A DNA stretch of 55,273 nt from Candidatus Bathyarchaeota archaeon JdFR-07 (GTDB taxonomy: Archaea; Thermoproteota; Bathyarchaeia; Bathyarchaeales; Bathycorpusculaceae): contig MTLU01000043.1 of the NCBI GenBank assembly GCA_002010975.1, positions 1-55,273 of the forward strand, written 5' to 3'. The notes below the pieces were generated by a model, which was not told the DNA's origin, did not search any database, and worked only from the letters and a program-made list of their open reading frames with translations. The translations under genes and the position numbers were made by a program. Of the stretch, positions 8,849 to 18,218 are shown one piece after another (position 1 is the stretch's first letter; every line of letters starts with the position of its first letter).

Positions 8849-9862
8849 CTATTTTCCTTGGGGTGATTCAAGGGACACATATGTTATTTGACGTGGTTCT
8901 TCTGCAAGCTGTTTCGGTGGACGCACAGCATAGCGTAGTCGTATTGGACGTTTCTCTGGACCAGGGATGCTTCCTTCTATAAGCATGTAGGCACCTCGAA
9001 TTATGCCATAGCGTATGAAACCGCCCTTAGGAGTGATTTCTTTTCCGTCGGTTCCGATTTTCAATATGCATTTGTTGTATTCGGTTCTTTGATGGAACCC
9101 CATTTGCCCGGCTCTCGGCACACTATACATAACACGAGCAGGCTTCCAGGGACCAAGAGTGGCCACACCTCTTTTGGTTTTCCTTCCCTTATGTTGAAGG
9201 ATTGTTATACCCCAACGTTTTACAGGTCCTTGAAATCCTTTTCCAGTAGAAACTGCTATTACGTCTACATATTGACCTTCCTTGAATATCTCTGCAGGAG
9301 TTACTGTTTTTCCAAGTAGACCTTTTGCATACTCGAATTGCTGTGGGATCGTTCCGCCTCCTATTTTTATTTCCGCCACTTCTGGTTTTTTCTTGGGAAC
9401 ACTTGCCTGTTTTGGCTGAGTTATAGCAATAACGTGAATCCGATCTATTTTTTCCAAATTCTCTGCGATCTTTCGAAGATTTTCTTCGGTGTTGAACTTT
9501 TCGGGAAGCGTAAATACTCGATCAAGTTCTTTCGGCGGATTTTCCATCCAAGCTTCAGTAAAAGTTTGCAGACCGTAAGGAGTTTTGGTGTATGCTCTTA
9601 CAGCACATATAAGCATAGGTGGTGTTTCCAAAACGGTTGCAGAGCGAATTACCTCATTTCCATAATTAGGTGACCGTTTTCTATTTGCTATCGCAAAAAC
9701 ATGAGTCATGCCAGCTTTATAACCGATAAAACCTAGAAGTTTTGGTGTATCGGCTTCAATTTCCGGCCAATAACGGACTCTAGCAAGTAAACGTTTAGCG
9801 CGTTTCCTAGGTGAATATGCAAGGGATCCATGTTTTGGCGCATGCTTTTTTCTATGACCCAT
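8849..9862 (-). CDS. rpl3p: 50S ribosomal protein L3 (uL3)
   Basis: HGSLAYSPRKRA, GYKAGMTH, GKGFQGPVKRWG, RAGQMGFHQRTEYNK. Confidence 0.98.
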   Translation of the reverse strand: MGHRKKHAPKHGSLAYSPRKRAKRLLARVRYWPEIEADTPKLLGFIGYKAGMTHVFAIANRKRSPNYGNEVIRSATVLETPPMLICAVRAYTKTPYGLQTFTEAWMENPPKELDRVFTLPEKFNTEENLRKIAENLEKIDRIHVIAITQPKQASVPKKKPEVAEIKIGGGTIPQQFEYAKGLLGKTVTPAEIFKEGQYVDVIAVSTGKGFQGPVKRWGITILQHKGRKTKRGVATLGPWKPARVMYSVPRAGQMGFHQRTEYNKCILKIGTDGKEITPKGGFIRYGIIRGAYMLIEGSIPGPEKRPIRLRYAVRPPKQLAEEPRQITYVSLESPQGK

Positions 9863-10124
9863 TGTTCGTCCGCTTCGCGTCTTTTAGGAATAAAAACATT
9901 GAGTTATAAACGTTACCATTCAGACCGACTTTTAGAGTGGTTAACATTTCGGGCATATATAATAGGAGGATGTGCTTCCTGTTCCGATTTTTTCTATGAG
10001 TATTCTGCAATTTGGACACAGTTTCCTGTTTCGTACCAACAAGGATTTCGTTTATAGTAGATTGCCAAGCAATAACTATTATTTCCGTTAATTCCATCGG
10101 CAGTTTTCACAATCCAAAGGAAAG

Positions 10125-10601
10125 CTATATCCTTTCGTCTAGGTAGCAATAGCCCGAATCTACCTTGTTCTGCATCTCCTTAATCCATTTATCAATGCCA
10201 ACGGATTTTATTTTCCTCAGTCCTTCTAATGCTTTGGACCCATATCTTTGAACTTTTTCACAAGTCTCCATGGAATCACATTTTGCACAAGTAGCATACT
10301 TCTTTTTTTGGGCACATGAGCGCACTGCACAATTAGGATCTCCACCCCCTGCCGCACATCCTGGGCATTCTCCAAACAATTTTACCAACCCGCTCATTAC
10401 ACTTTCGAATTCTGGATAATGTTGGAGAGTTGGCTCCCATTTAACTAGTTCTGGCATAATCTTGTCAAACCCGTAAGCTCTTATGACATTTAGAAGGTTT
10501 TCAACAGCTTCTTTTATTTTTCCTTGATATATTCCGCAGGCGCCACAAAAGTTTTTCCTTATCAATTGTCCAGTTGAAAGCCATTTCTTGTAAGAAACCA
10601 A
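10125..10601 (-). CDS. DUF3795-like Cys-rich protein, N-terminus probably damaged
   Basis: CGAC...CPGC...C.VRSCA.KK...CAKC...C pattern. The first Cys of the usual CGLxCxxC motif is missing and there is no convincing start. Confidence 0.7.
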   Translation of the reverse strand: MVSYKKWLSTGQLIRKNFCGACGIYQGKIKEAVENLLNVIRAYGFDKIMPELVKWEPTLQHYPEFESVMSGLVKLFGECPGCAAGGGDPNCAVRSCAQKKKYATCAKCDSMETCEKVQRYGSKALEGLRKIKSVGIDKWIKEMQNKVDSGYCYLDERI

Positions 10602-10655
10602 AAAGAATTAATTTTTGCTACACACTACATTTTAAAAAAGTAGGATAGGATTGAT

Positions 10656-10883
10656 GTGAAAACATATTTGAGTATAATATTTTACAGTGAAGGCACAAAC
10701 CCTATAGAAGTTGTCGAAAGACTTCGTTCTTTAGGATTTGAACCAGTTAAAGGAGTTCATGACCACGTCTATGACTGGGGTAAACGAAAGGTAGATTTAG
10801 ATGATATACTTAAAATTGCGAACTCTGTACATGAAACTCTGAAAGGGCTGAAAGTGTTCTATAAATTAGAGACGACGGAATAA
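10656..10883 (+). CDS. Small hypothetical protein
   Basis: 75 aa ORF with a GTG start, purine-rich upstream sequence, a TTTAAAA box and an alternating alpha/beta pattern. Confidence 0.75.
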   Translation: MKTYLSIIFYSEGTNPIEVVERLRSLGFEPVKGVHDHVYDWGKRKVDLDDILKIANSVHETLKGLKVFYKLETTE

Positions 10884-10884
10884 T

Positions 10885-11445
10885 TTAGTAAAAAAGTTTA
10901 AGGATTTTTTCAAAAATTTTTTCGGCGCACTGTAGTGGCAGAAATTTTGTAGTGTTAAGCGTTATTTCAGGGTTAATTGGTGGTTCGTAAGGTTGCCCAA
11001 TGCCAGGAACTGTGGAAGCTTTCCCTTCAAAGGCTTTAGTGTAAATCTGCTTCGGCGCTCCGTATGTTTTTTCACGTTTAGATTCTCGTTGAAAACAAAC
11101 TTCTAAGGGACATTCTAAGTAAGCTTCCATAAAACGTGAAATTTTTCTTCTTGCCCTTTGCCTATAACTTCTCAAATTGCCTGTTGCGTCAATTATAACA
11201 TTCACCCCGTTTTGAACCAAGAGCTTTGCAATATAAACTAGGGTAGCGTACACTATTTCACGTTCTTCAAGCGAGTAGGTTGGTCGTGGTGTTAAGACCT
11301 TGCGCAAAGCGTCAGAAGCCAAAATCTGAGCATGAATCCCTTTTTTCTCAAGAAGTCTGTATAAAGCCTCTGACACAACGGATTTTCCACTACCGGGTAA
11401 TCCAGTTATCCAAACACACCAACCGTCTTTTGGCATATTAGACAT
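10885..11445 (-). CDS. Adenylyl-sulfate kinase (CysC)-like P-loop kinase
   Basis: WITGLPGSGKS, DALRK, YLECPLEVC..R, VPGIGQPYEPP. Confidence 0.85.
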   Translation of the reverse strand: MSNMPKDGWCVWITGLPGSGKSVVSEALYRLLEKKGIHAQILASDALRKVLTPRPTYSLEEREIVYATLVYIAKLLVQNGVNVIIDATGNLRSYRQRARRKISRFMEAYLECPLEVCFQRESKREKTYGAPKQIYTKAFEGKASTVPGIGQPYEPPINPEITLNTTKFLPLQCAEKIFEKILKLFY

Positions 11446-11451
11446 CTACAC

Positions 11452-11850
11452 TTACTGACTAAGCTCTTTTACCTGCAAGTATCTTAAAAAAGAAAGGTTT
11501 CCAATTTTAAACAAATGACTTCTACATTCACAGTCACATGCTCCAAATCCTTTGATAGGTATACCTGTTGCATTAATTTTCTCTGCAATACGACATTCTT
11601 CTTTCTTGTCTGCTTCTTTGACGTATACTTTTAAAATTTCTGCAGCATCATTACTAAGTAAGTAGTCTATATGCCAAAATTTTCGTTTGTCTCTTTTAAA
11701 ATGTCTCGCTATACGCTTATGTAGGCTACGTTGTGCAGAGCCGACATAAACATAAAGCCCCTTATCAAAAATAGCAGTGCCTAAGGCACCTACTTTGACA
11801 GTAATCTTCTTATTTACAGAAATGAGCAAAAGATAAATTCCTTTCATCAT
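11452..11850 (-). CDS. GIY-YIG nuclease family protein (DUF123)
   Basis: KGIYLL, YVYVGSA, WHIDYLL, EECRIA, GFGACDCECRSHL. Confidence 0.88.
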   Translation of the reverse strand: MMKGIYLLLISVNKKITVKVGALGTAIFDKGLYVYVGSAQRSLHKRIARHFKRDKRKFWHIDYLLSNDAAEILKVYVKEADKKEECRIAEKINATGIPIKGFGACDCECRSHLFKIGNLSFLRYLQVKELSQ

Positions 11851-11960
11851 GGACGCTTATACCATTTCAAAATTTCTTTAGCAGCTTTGCTGGAATAGCC
11901 TATCTCCTTAAGAAGTTTCTCTAAATTCTTGACTAATTCCTCATCCAAGCACAACACCAC
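11847..11960 (-). CDS. Small hypothetical protein (~33-37 aa), not in the ORF track
   Basis: Reads (VVLC)LDEELVKNLEKLLKEIGYSSKAAKEILKWYKRP*. Its TGA overlaps the GIY-YIG start as ATGA. Confidence 0.5.
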   Translation of the reverse strand: MVLCLDEELVKNLEKLLKEIGYSSKAAKEILKWYKRP

Positions 11961-12051
11961 AGACCTATGAAATATTACAATGAAACCTATTTATTCTTTA
12001 GTTCCAAAGAGAAATAAAGTAAGCTATGCGGAAAAATTCATCAGATAGTTA

Positions 12052-13158
12052 TCACTGAAGATACAAGTTTACGTTTTCTAAGTCAAATTTTTCGATTTGC
12101 AATACATTTTTAATGAAATTAAAAAGTTTAACACGAACACTTTGGGTAAGACTCGGATACCAAATAGGTGAAGCAACGACCAAACCACGCCAAGCATAAA
12201 AGGGTTGGATCACTTCTAGAATTTCATAATCATCGGTCTTATGCAAATAATTTTCCCAAAAAAGCTTAAACAGTTTCTCGAAAACCCCGAACATTTTACC
12301 ATATTTTCGGACAGAATAGAAAATGTAGTTAATCGTCATCGCTGCCACATCATCAGCAGGCTCGCCCCACTCTCCACGGCTGCGATCTAAAACAGTAAAA
12401 TTAACATCATCGTGAAACATAATATTCCAAGGATGAAAGTCGCCATGAACTTGGCTAAGTCTATGGGCTTTACGCTTAAGTCGCCAACGCCACACCACGC
12501 ATTTTTGTTCGATATCGATCAATGTTGACTCGTCAACGAAATTGAGGTTAGGTGGATAACTATCTAATAAGCCCATTATACATTCACCGTGTCCAACAAG
12601 CTCTCGTGCCCGTCTAATATAAAGCCATGGAGCCTCGTGTTTGACACTATGAATTTCTACAAGATAGTCAGATAAAGCGGCGCATCGCTTTTCATCTATT
12701 TCAGTTAATTGTTCTTTATCTTTAATTCGATCTAAGTCTTTATGGTAAAGTTCACCCTCCACATATTCGGTTACAATAAAAAATTCGCTGCAATCTCCCA
12801 AAGATTTAAGAGATTTCCTTTTATAAGTAAAGGCGCCCACATCCACTGATCGCACATGACGAGGCAGCTTGTTAAACGCTGAGTGCTGCCACAGCAAAAT
12901 TTGTGCCCTGTCAGAAAAATGATCGTGCCCAAATCCCTCTAGGCGTAAAGTTTCTAAAACCACCTTTTTAATTTCACCATTCACACGAAACTCAATGATG
13001 TAAGGAATTCCATAGCCAAAGGCTTTCAAGCTCTTTAACGCTTCCTTCTTTTCGCAACCAAGCCTCCAAATACCACAAAGTTCTATTTCCTTCTCATAGA
13101 TGGAAGAAAGATACTTCTTAACACTTGTTTCAGAAATTCCAATTAAACCTTTACTCAT
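12052..13158 (-). CDS. Aminoglycoside phosphotransferase / choline kinase-like protein
   Basis: HGDFHPWNI catalytic loop and LDRSRGEWGEPADD. Confidence 0.85.
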   Translation of the reverse strand: MSKGLIGISETSVKKYLSSIYEKEIELCGIWRLGCEKKEALKSLKAFGYGIPYIIEFRVNGEIKKVVLETLRLEGFGHDHFSDRAQILLWQHSAFNKLPRHVRSVDVGAFTYKRKSLKSLGDCSEFFIVTEYVEGELYHKDLDRIKDKEQLTEIDEKRCAALSDYLVEIHSVKHEAPWLYIRRARELVGHGECIMGLLDSYPPNLNFVDESTLIDIEQKCVVWRWRLKRKAHRLSQVHGDFHPWNIMFHDDVNFTVLDRSRGEWGEPADDVAAMTINYIFYSVRKYGKMFGVFEKLFKLFWENYLHKTDDYEILEVIQPFYAWRGLVVASPIWYPSLTQSVRVKLFNFIKNVLQIEKFDLENVNLYLQ

Positions 13159-13355
13159 TTTTCCACTTCCAAGGATCCATTAACAACTAAATAAAAGCAG
13201 TACTTAAGCTATGAGCAAACTGTCAGAAATGAAGGAAAATGTTGAAGTGCTTCGAGAAGTTGGCGAGAACAAATATGAGAAAATCAAGTTATAATGCGAG
13301 TTAAAAGCCAACGTTAAATAGACGTTTTCAGAATCTCCATAAGGAAGGGAAATGG

Positions 13356-14612
13356 ATGAGTGAATTTAAAGTTAAGAATTCAACGTTAGCTTCCAAGGGA
13401 CATTTACAGATAGAATGGGCTTCGAAGCGGATGCCAGTTTTAAGCAAAATTAAGGAAAGATTTGCAAAAGAAAAACCCTTAAAAGGGCTAACTTTGGGTG
13501 CCTGTCTCCATGTAACAAAGGAAACAGCAGTTCTTGTCGACGTTCTTCACGCTGGCGGGGCTAGAGTTGCTTTATGCGGTTCTAATCCCCTTTCCACTCA
13601 AGACGATGTAGCTGCAGCTTTAGCAGAAAAAGGCATTCACATTTTTGCATGGCGAGGACAAACAACAGAGGAATATTACTGGTGCATGAACCAAGTGATA
13701 GATTATGGTCCAGAAATAACACTGGACGATGGTGCAGACCTTGTTAGCACCATTCACAACAAAAGAAAAGAAGCACTACCAAACATCAAAGGTGGAACAG
13801 AAGAAACCACAACTGGCTTAATGAGACTAAAAGCTATGGAAAAAAGTGGCGCATTAAAATATGCAATAATTGCAGTAAACGATGCATACACAAAATATTT
13901 GTTTGACAATCGCTACGGAACCGGTCAAAGTACTATAGATGGAATCTTGCGAGCTACTAACATTCTTTTGGCGGGGAAAAACTTTGTTGTTTGTGGTTAT
14001 GGATGGTGTGGAAGAGGGTTGGCTATGAGAGCCCATGGAATGGGAGCCAACGTAATAGTAACAGAGGTGGATCCTTTAAGATCCCTGGAAGCAGTGATGA
14101 ATGGTTACCGTGTAATGCCTATGGATCAAGCGGCTGAGACAGGGGACATATTTGTAACAACTACAGGCAACATAAACGTTATACGAAGCGAACATTTTCG
14201 AAAAATGAAGGATGGCGCAATACTCGCAAATAGCGGTCATTTCAACGTTGAAATAGACATAGAAAGCTTGGAAAAACTCACCGTTTCAAGGAGAAAAATA
14301 AGAACGAATCTGGAGGAATATTCTTTAAAAGATGGAAGAAAAATATATCTTCTGGCAGAAGGAAGACTTGTAAATCTAGCCGCAGCTGAAGGGCATCCGT
14401 CTGAAGTTATGGATATGTCTTTTGCAAACCAAGCTTTATCAGTTGAATATCTGGCTAAGAAAGAAAAAATGCTGCCCAAAGTTTATCCAGTGCCAAAGGA
14501 AATAGACAAAAAAGTGGCAAGCCTGAAACTTGACTCTATGGGTATAGAGATTGATAAATTAACAGAAGAACAAAAAGAGTATTTAGCAACGTGGGAAATG
14601 GGAACTACATAG
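13356..14612 (+). CDS. ahcY: Adenosylhomocysteinase
   Basis: [55 protein letters not shown]. Confidence 0.98.
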   Translation: MSEFKVKNSTLASKGHLQIEWASKRMPVLSKIKERFAKEKPLKGLTLGACLHVTKETAVLVDVLHAGGARVALCGSNPLSTQDDVAAALAEKGIHIFAWRGQTTEEYYWCMNQVIDYGPEITLDDGADLVSTIHNKRKEALPNIKGGTEETTTGLMRLKAMEKSGALKYAIIAVNDAYTKYLFDNRYGTGQSTIDGILRATNILLAGKNFVVCGYGWCGRGLAMRAHGMGANVIVTEVDPLRSLEAVMNGYRVMPMDQAAETGDIFVTTTGNINVIRSEHFRKMKDGAILANSGHFNVEIDIESLEKLTVSRRKIRTNLEEYSLKDGRKIYLLAEGRLVNLAAAEGHPSEVMDMSFANQALSVEYLAKKEKMLPKVYPVPKEIDKKVASLKLDSMGIEIDKLTEEQKEYLATWEMGTT

Positions 14613-14686
14613 TTAATTAGCCAATGTCGATGGTAAACTTTAAAAAGAGAATGCAAGTAAACATGGCATACAGCGGAGATGAAAAA

Positions 14687-15055
14687 ATGGTTAGTAAAGA
14701 TCAGGCAATAGGTGGAATTATATTCATAGTGTGTTTAGTTATAGCACTCGTCTATTTGGTGACACTCTTCTATCCACAATGGCTGGAAATTGTCGGAATA
14801 AGCGTGAACACTAACTGGATCCACAATGTGCAATTTTGGGTCATTGCAATACCTGTATTCATTGCTTTTATAGCGATAATGGGGATTGGCGCTTGGATAG
14901 GTTGGACAATGGCAACCACACCACCTCCCAAACCAATAGAAGAAATCACAAGTGAAATTGAAGAAAAAACTGAGATTGAAGAAAAGGAAGAACCTGCCAA
15001 AATCGAAAAAGAAGAAAAGAAAAAGCCTACGAGAAGAAAGAAAAGCGAAAAATAG
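14687..15055 (+). CDS. Conserved two-TM membrane protein with a charged C-terminal tail
   Basis: Two hydrophobic segments and WIGWTMATTPPPKPIEEI. ATG 14687 follows GGAG. Confidence 0.75.
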   Translation: MVSKDQAIGGIIFIVCLVIALVYLVTLFYPQWLEIVGISVNTNWIHNVQFWVIAIPVFIAFIAIMGIGAWIGWTMATTPPPKPIEEITSEIEEKTEIEEKEEPAKIEKEEKKKPTRRKKSEK

Positions 15056-15188
15056 CAATCAATTTTCCAAAGTTTCTTCCATTGTATCGACTTCCTTCCA
15101 TTTTAGTTGCGCAATTTAAAAATTCTAGTTTACATCATTCTGAAGATAAAATTATTCGAAAGAGAATTAACTTTTACAATGCAAATGT

Positions 15189-15764
15189 TTAAGGGGAAGC
15201 TAACTTTTTAAGATCTTCCTCCCCTTCCGCGTAACCTGAAGCTATTAAAATATCGCCCGCTTGAATCCTTGTTTGGGGTTTAGGTCGAATACCTTTATCA
15301 CCTCTTCTTATAGCTAGAATCCACATACCAGTCTCCTCTGGAACCTTAGCCTCGCGTAAGGTCTTGTTTACAAGCGGAGAGTTTTCAGACACAGTTACGT
15401 ATGTAACCGTTTCTTCAGCTTCCTCTATTGTAAGTTTCAGCACTGGATGCGGGGCTATTTCTCTTAACACAACCTCAGCTATTTCTGCAGCAGCATCCGC
15501 AATTTTCTCAGTTACAACTCCCAACCTTATTAACCCAAGAAAGCCTCGAGCCTCCTCCCTTTTAAATCCGCTTGACAAAACCAGTAACTCAAAATCTGTG
15601 TGTAATCTATCCACATATTCCTCTAGTTTCTCCACTTCTTCAGCTAATTCCTTACTATTCATTAACAAAGACGAATAAGCCAAATCCATCATAAGCTCAG
15701 AAGTATTCTTTAGTTCAACAAACATTTCAACTATTTTTTCAAATTTTTGTCTTCTCTTAGACAT
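15189..15764 (-). CDS. PhoU-like plus TrkA-C (RCK_C) domain protein
   Basis: ELKNTSELMMDLAYSSL, EKIADAA; C-terminal TGMWILAIRRG...GDILIASG. Confidence 0.88.
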   Translation of the reverse strand: MSKRRQKFEKIVEMFVELKNTSELMMDLAYSSLLMNSKELAEEVEKLEEYVDRLHTDFELLVLSSGFKREEARGFLGLIRLGVVTEKIADAAAEIAEVVLREIAPHPVLKLTIEEAEETVTYVTVSENSPLVNKTLREAKVPEETGMWILAIRRGDKGIRPKPQTRIQAGDILIASGYAEGEEDLKKLASP

Positions 15765-15768
15765 GTCG

Positions 15769-16377
15769 CTAATCCTCCAGTCTGCGCCGTTTCCCTTCAC
15801 ACAGTTCCTTGAATTCTTCTAAACCAGTAGAAGTTCCGCGGGCAATGAGAATGTCTCCAGCTTGGATTTTTTCGTTTTCTTTAGGATCGATTATCCATTC
15901 TTTGTTTCGCCGAATAGCGATCACATCAACGCCCATTCTCGCTGCCAGCTCTAATTCACCTATTGATTTTCCAAGTAAGATAGATTGGGTTGCAACTCTA
16001 ACCCTTGTTAAACGCTCTTCGACTTTTTCGAAAATCTCTCCAACTATAGGATGTATTCCAATTTTTTGGGTAACTATAGCAGCTATATCCGCAGCAGCGT
16101 CAGAGATTTTGTCAGCTGCAGAAGCCACGGTAGAAACTCCGGCCAAAGATTCCGCTTCTTCAGGATCTCTTGCTGCAAGCATTATCTCCATTTCAAGCAG
16201 GTAAGATAACAGGTCTACTCTGTTTTCGAGTGCTAGTACATCTTCTGCTAATTCTTTATCATTAAACAGGGCCGCAGAATATGCTAAATCTATCATTAAT
16301 TCTGAAAGATTTTTCATCTCAAGGAGAAGTTCTCTAACAGGTACTGGGCGATACTCTATCTTTTCGAAATAGGGCAT
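15769..16377 (-). CDS. PhoU-like plus TrkA-C (RCK_C) domain protein, paralog of the adjacent gene
   Basis: EMKNLSELMIDLAYSA, DKISDAA; GVDVIAIRR...GDILIARG. Confidence 0.88.
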   Translation of the reverse strand: MPYFEKIEYRPVPVRELLLEMKNLSELMIDLAYSAALFNDKELAEDVLALENRVDLLSYLLEMEIMLAARDPEEAESLAGVSTVASAADKISDAAADIAAIVTQKIGIHPIVGEIFEKVEERLTRVRVATQSILLGKSIGELELAARMGVDVIAIRRNKEWIIDPKENEKIQAGDILIARGTSTGLEEFKELCEGKRRRLED

Positions 16378-16446
16378 ATCTTTGAGGTCGCTCCAAGTTG
16401 AACTATTATGAAAGAAGTATTTTAATTTATTAGTCTTTTCCAAAAA

Positions 16447-17625
16447 TTAGCCAGTCAAAAAGATTGCAGCAAGCAACGCTACAGTTGTGACACTGTCTGC
16501 TATAGAACTTTCAATAGGAATGACAAAATTATCAGGATCTAAACCTTTCTTAAAAGTCAAAATAGCCACCATATAAGAGATTAGAATCATTGCTGAAACA
16601 GCAAATAAGTTGGTGATTAGCAAAAGAGTGGAAAAATTAAAGAAAGCAGAAAGCATGTACACACGGTTCACATACAATGATATAGCCGAAAACGAGAGAA
16701 ACATTACCACAGAAGCTGCCCATGCCGCAAAAATCTGTTTAGAATGATCTCGCATGGCTGAAAGGGAAGGCTTAAGCAAACCTAATGCAAGTTTTGTCGT
16801 TGCCGTAGAACCAATAACAGAACCCACATCCCCTACAGTGTCGATTAAAGCCGGATAAACACTGTAAATGTCCCTGCGAAATCTTATTTGCTTAAGAACA
16901 GTACCAGTGACATTAACAATAAAAGCCACGATTAGCAATGTGGCTAGAGACTCCTTTATGGTCTTAACAAATTCTTCTCTTCTGAAATCTTTCAACATTA
17001 TGTATAAGCTCAAACATATATGGAATATAGCAACTAAAACAACTATGTACTTAGAAAATGCGTATAAGCCAAGTGTAAAAATGTAACAGAGAGTTATGAA
17101 TATGTCAGCTACAGTTGACATTATTGGATAGCCAATAACATCAGGATCCAAACCTTTCTGAAAAGTGGCAAAACCCACGCTTATGGTGAAAAAAGAAAGA
17201 ATCAGCCCAAAAGTCATAGTGGATAAGACTATTGTAAAGATCTCAAAAAAAGCATTAGAGGATAACCCCCAGAAGAAAGTGGCAAAAATCATTGAAAAAC
17301 CACTCATAACTATACTGGTTTCTAAAGTTATAACAATCACAGAGTCAAATAACACGTAAAAATTTTTCGTATTTCCCAGAAACTTTGGATAAACGATACC
17401 AAGATGAAGGGCCGTACCTAACCGCCCACTAAAAAGGCCGCTAATCATTCCCCTTGCGCTTAAAATGGCAGGGTAGACGGCTACTGCCCATGGGTATAAG
17501 TGGAAAATGTTAAAGTAGTAAACCACAAGAACTCCGGCGAGCACACCGCCAAAGTCAAAGGAGTAAGCGATTAACGTTTCTAAAAATGTTTTTGAAAATG
17601 TTTTGAGGTTTTCAGAGCTTGTCAT
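16447..17625 (-). CDS. SLC41/MgtE-type divalent cation transporter (two MgtE membrane repeats)
   Basis: Multi-TM protein with GLDPDVIGYPIMSTVAD and GLDPDNFVIPIESSIAD. Confidence 0.9.
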   Translation of the reverse strand: MTSSENLKTFSKTFLETLIAYSFDFGGVLAGVLVVYYFNIFHLYPWAVAVYPAILSARGMISGLFSGRLGTALHLGIVYPKFLGNTKNFYVLFDSVIVITLETSIVMSGFSMIFATFFWGLSSNAFFEIFTIVLSTMTFGLILSFFTISVGFATFQKGLDPDVIGYPIMSTVADIFITLCYIFTLGLYAFSKYIVVLVAIFHICLSLYIMLKDFRREEFVKTIKESLATLLIVAFIVNVTGTVLKQIRFRRDIYSVYPALIDTVGDVGSVIGSTATTKLALGLLKPSLSAMRDHSKQIFAAWAASVVMFLSFSAISLYVNRVYMLSAFFNFSTLLLITNLFAVSAMILISYMVAILTFKKGLDPDNFVIPIESSIADSVTTVALLAAIFLTG

Positions 17626-17694
17626 CGATAGAGAACCTCCTCTCTTTCAAGAAAAAACAAAATGGGAAAACGAAAAATTTCAGGTTCGTCTGAT

Positions 17695-17868
17695 TTAGAG
17701 GGATATGTATTTATAGGATTCTCTGTTCGGAGCGTTTGAAAATCGTTGTTGAGCAGAATGTTGGCTAGCCTCATCCTGGGCACCTTCTGAACCCTCTACA
17801 CCCTCGCCCATCCATACACCCCTCTGGGATAGAGCTTTCTTCTGTGAGCTTTCAAGCTCCACTCTCAT
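17695..17868 (-). CDS. Putative 57 aa leader ORF upstream of the MgtE-type gene (may instead be a structured RNA)
   Basis: AGGAG-cgaac-ATG, then MRVELESSQKKALSQRGVWMGEGVEGSEGAQDEASQHSAQQRFSNAPNRESYKYISL*. The core is G-rich on the minus strand. Confidence 0.4.
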   Translation of the reverse strand: MRVELESSQKKALSQRGVWMGEGVEGSEGAQDEASQHSAQQRFSNAPNRESYKYISL

Positions 17869-18011
17869 GTTCGCTCCTAAACCCTAAGAAGTGACATGGA
17901 CATTCCTTAAATAGCTTTCCAACAATGGTTATGGAAAATTCATATTCAAATTTCATAATCGTTTTAATTCGCCCAGAGCCTAATCATTCGCTGTTCAGAA
18001 GGGTGAAATAA

Positions 18012-18197
18012 TTGCATACGGCATGGATAAAATTCGATGAATCTCTTCCTTGGATTGAGATAAAAGGTGAATATGCTACAAAACAACAAGCAAAGAAAGC
18101 AGCAGAAAAAGTGTTAGGCAATGCGAAAATCAAAGTAATAAGAGTGTCAAAGAAAGAAAAAGCGAGAGCATTAGTTACAATAAAAGCCTCACATTAA
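18012..18197 (+). CDS. Small hypothetical protein
   Basis: 61 aa ORF with a TTG start preceded by a GGGTGA Shine-Dalgarno-like motif. Confidence 0.65.
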   Translation: MHTAWIKFDESLPWIEIKGEYATKQQAKKAAEKVLGNAKIKVIRVSKKEKARALVTIKASH

Positions 18198-18218
18198 AAA
18201 ATTAACTTCTTCCACAGG

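Noticed and set aside
6563..9862. S10-type ribosomal operon ending after S19
   Set aside because: Fragmentation of this operon is common in archaea and is not evidence of a novel system.
9852..10097. 81 aa ORF upstream of L3
   Set aside because: It has no recognisable family, overlaps the L3 promoter and start, and is probably non-coding or a remnant.
13211..13294. 27-codon ORF MSKLSEMKENVEVLREVGENKYEKIKL upstream of ahcY
   Set aside because: It is too short, has no clear ribosome-binding site and cannot be supported without homologs.
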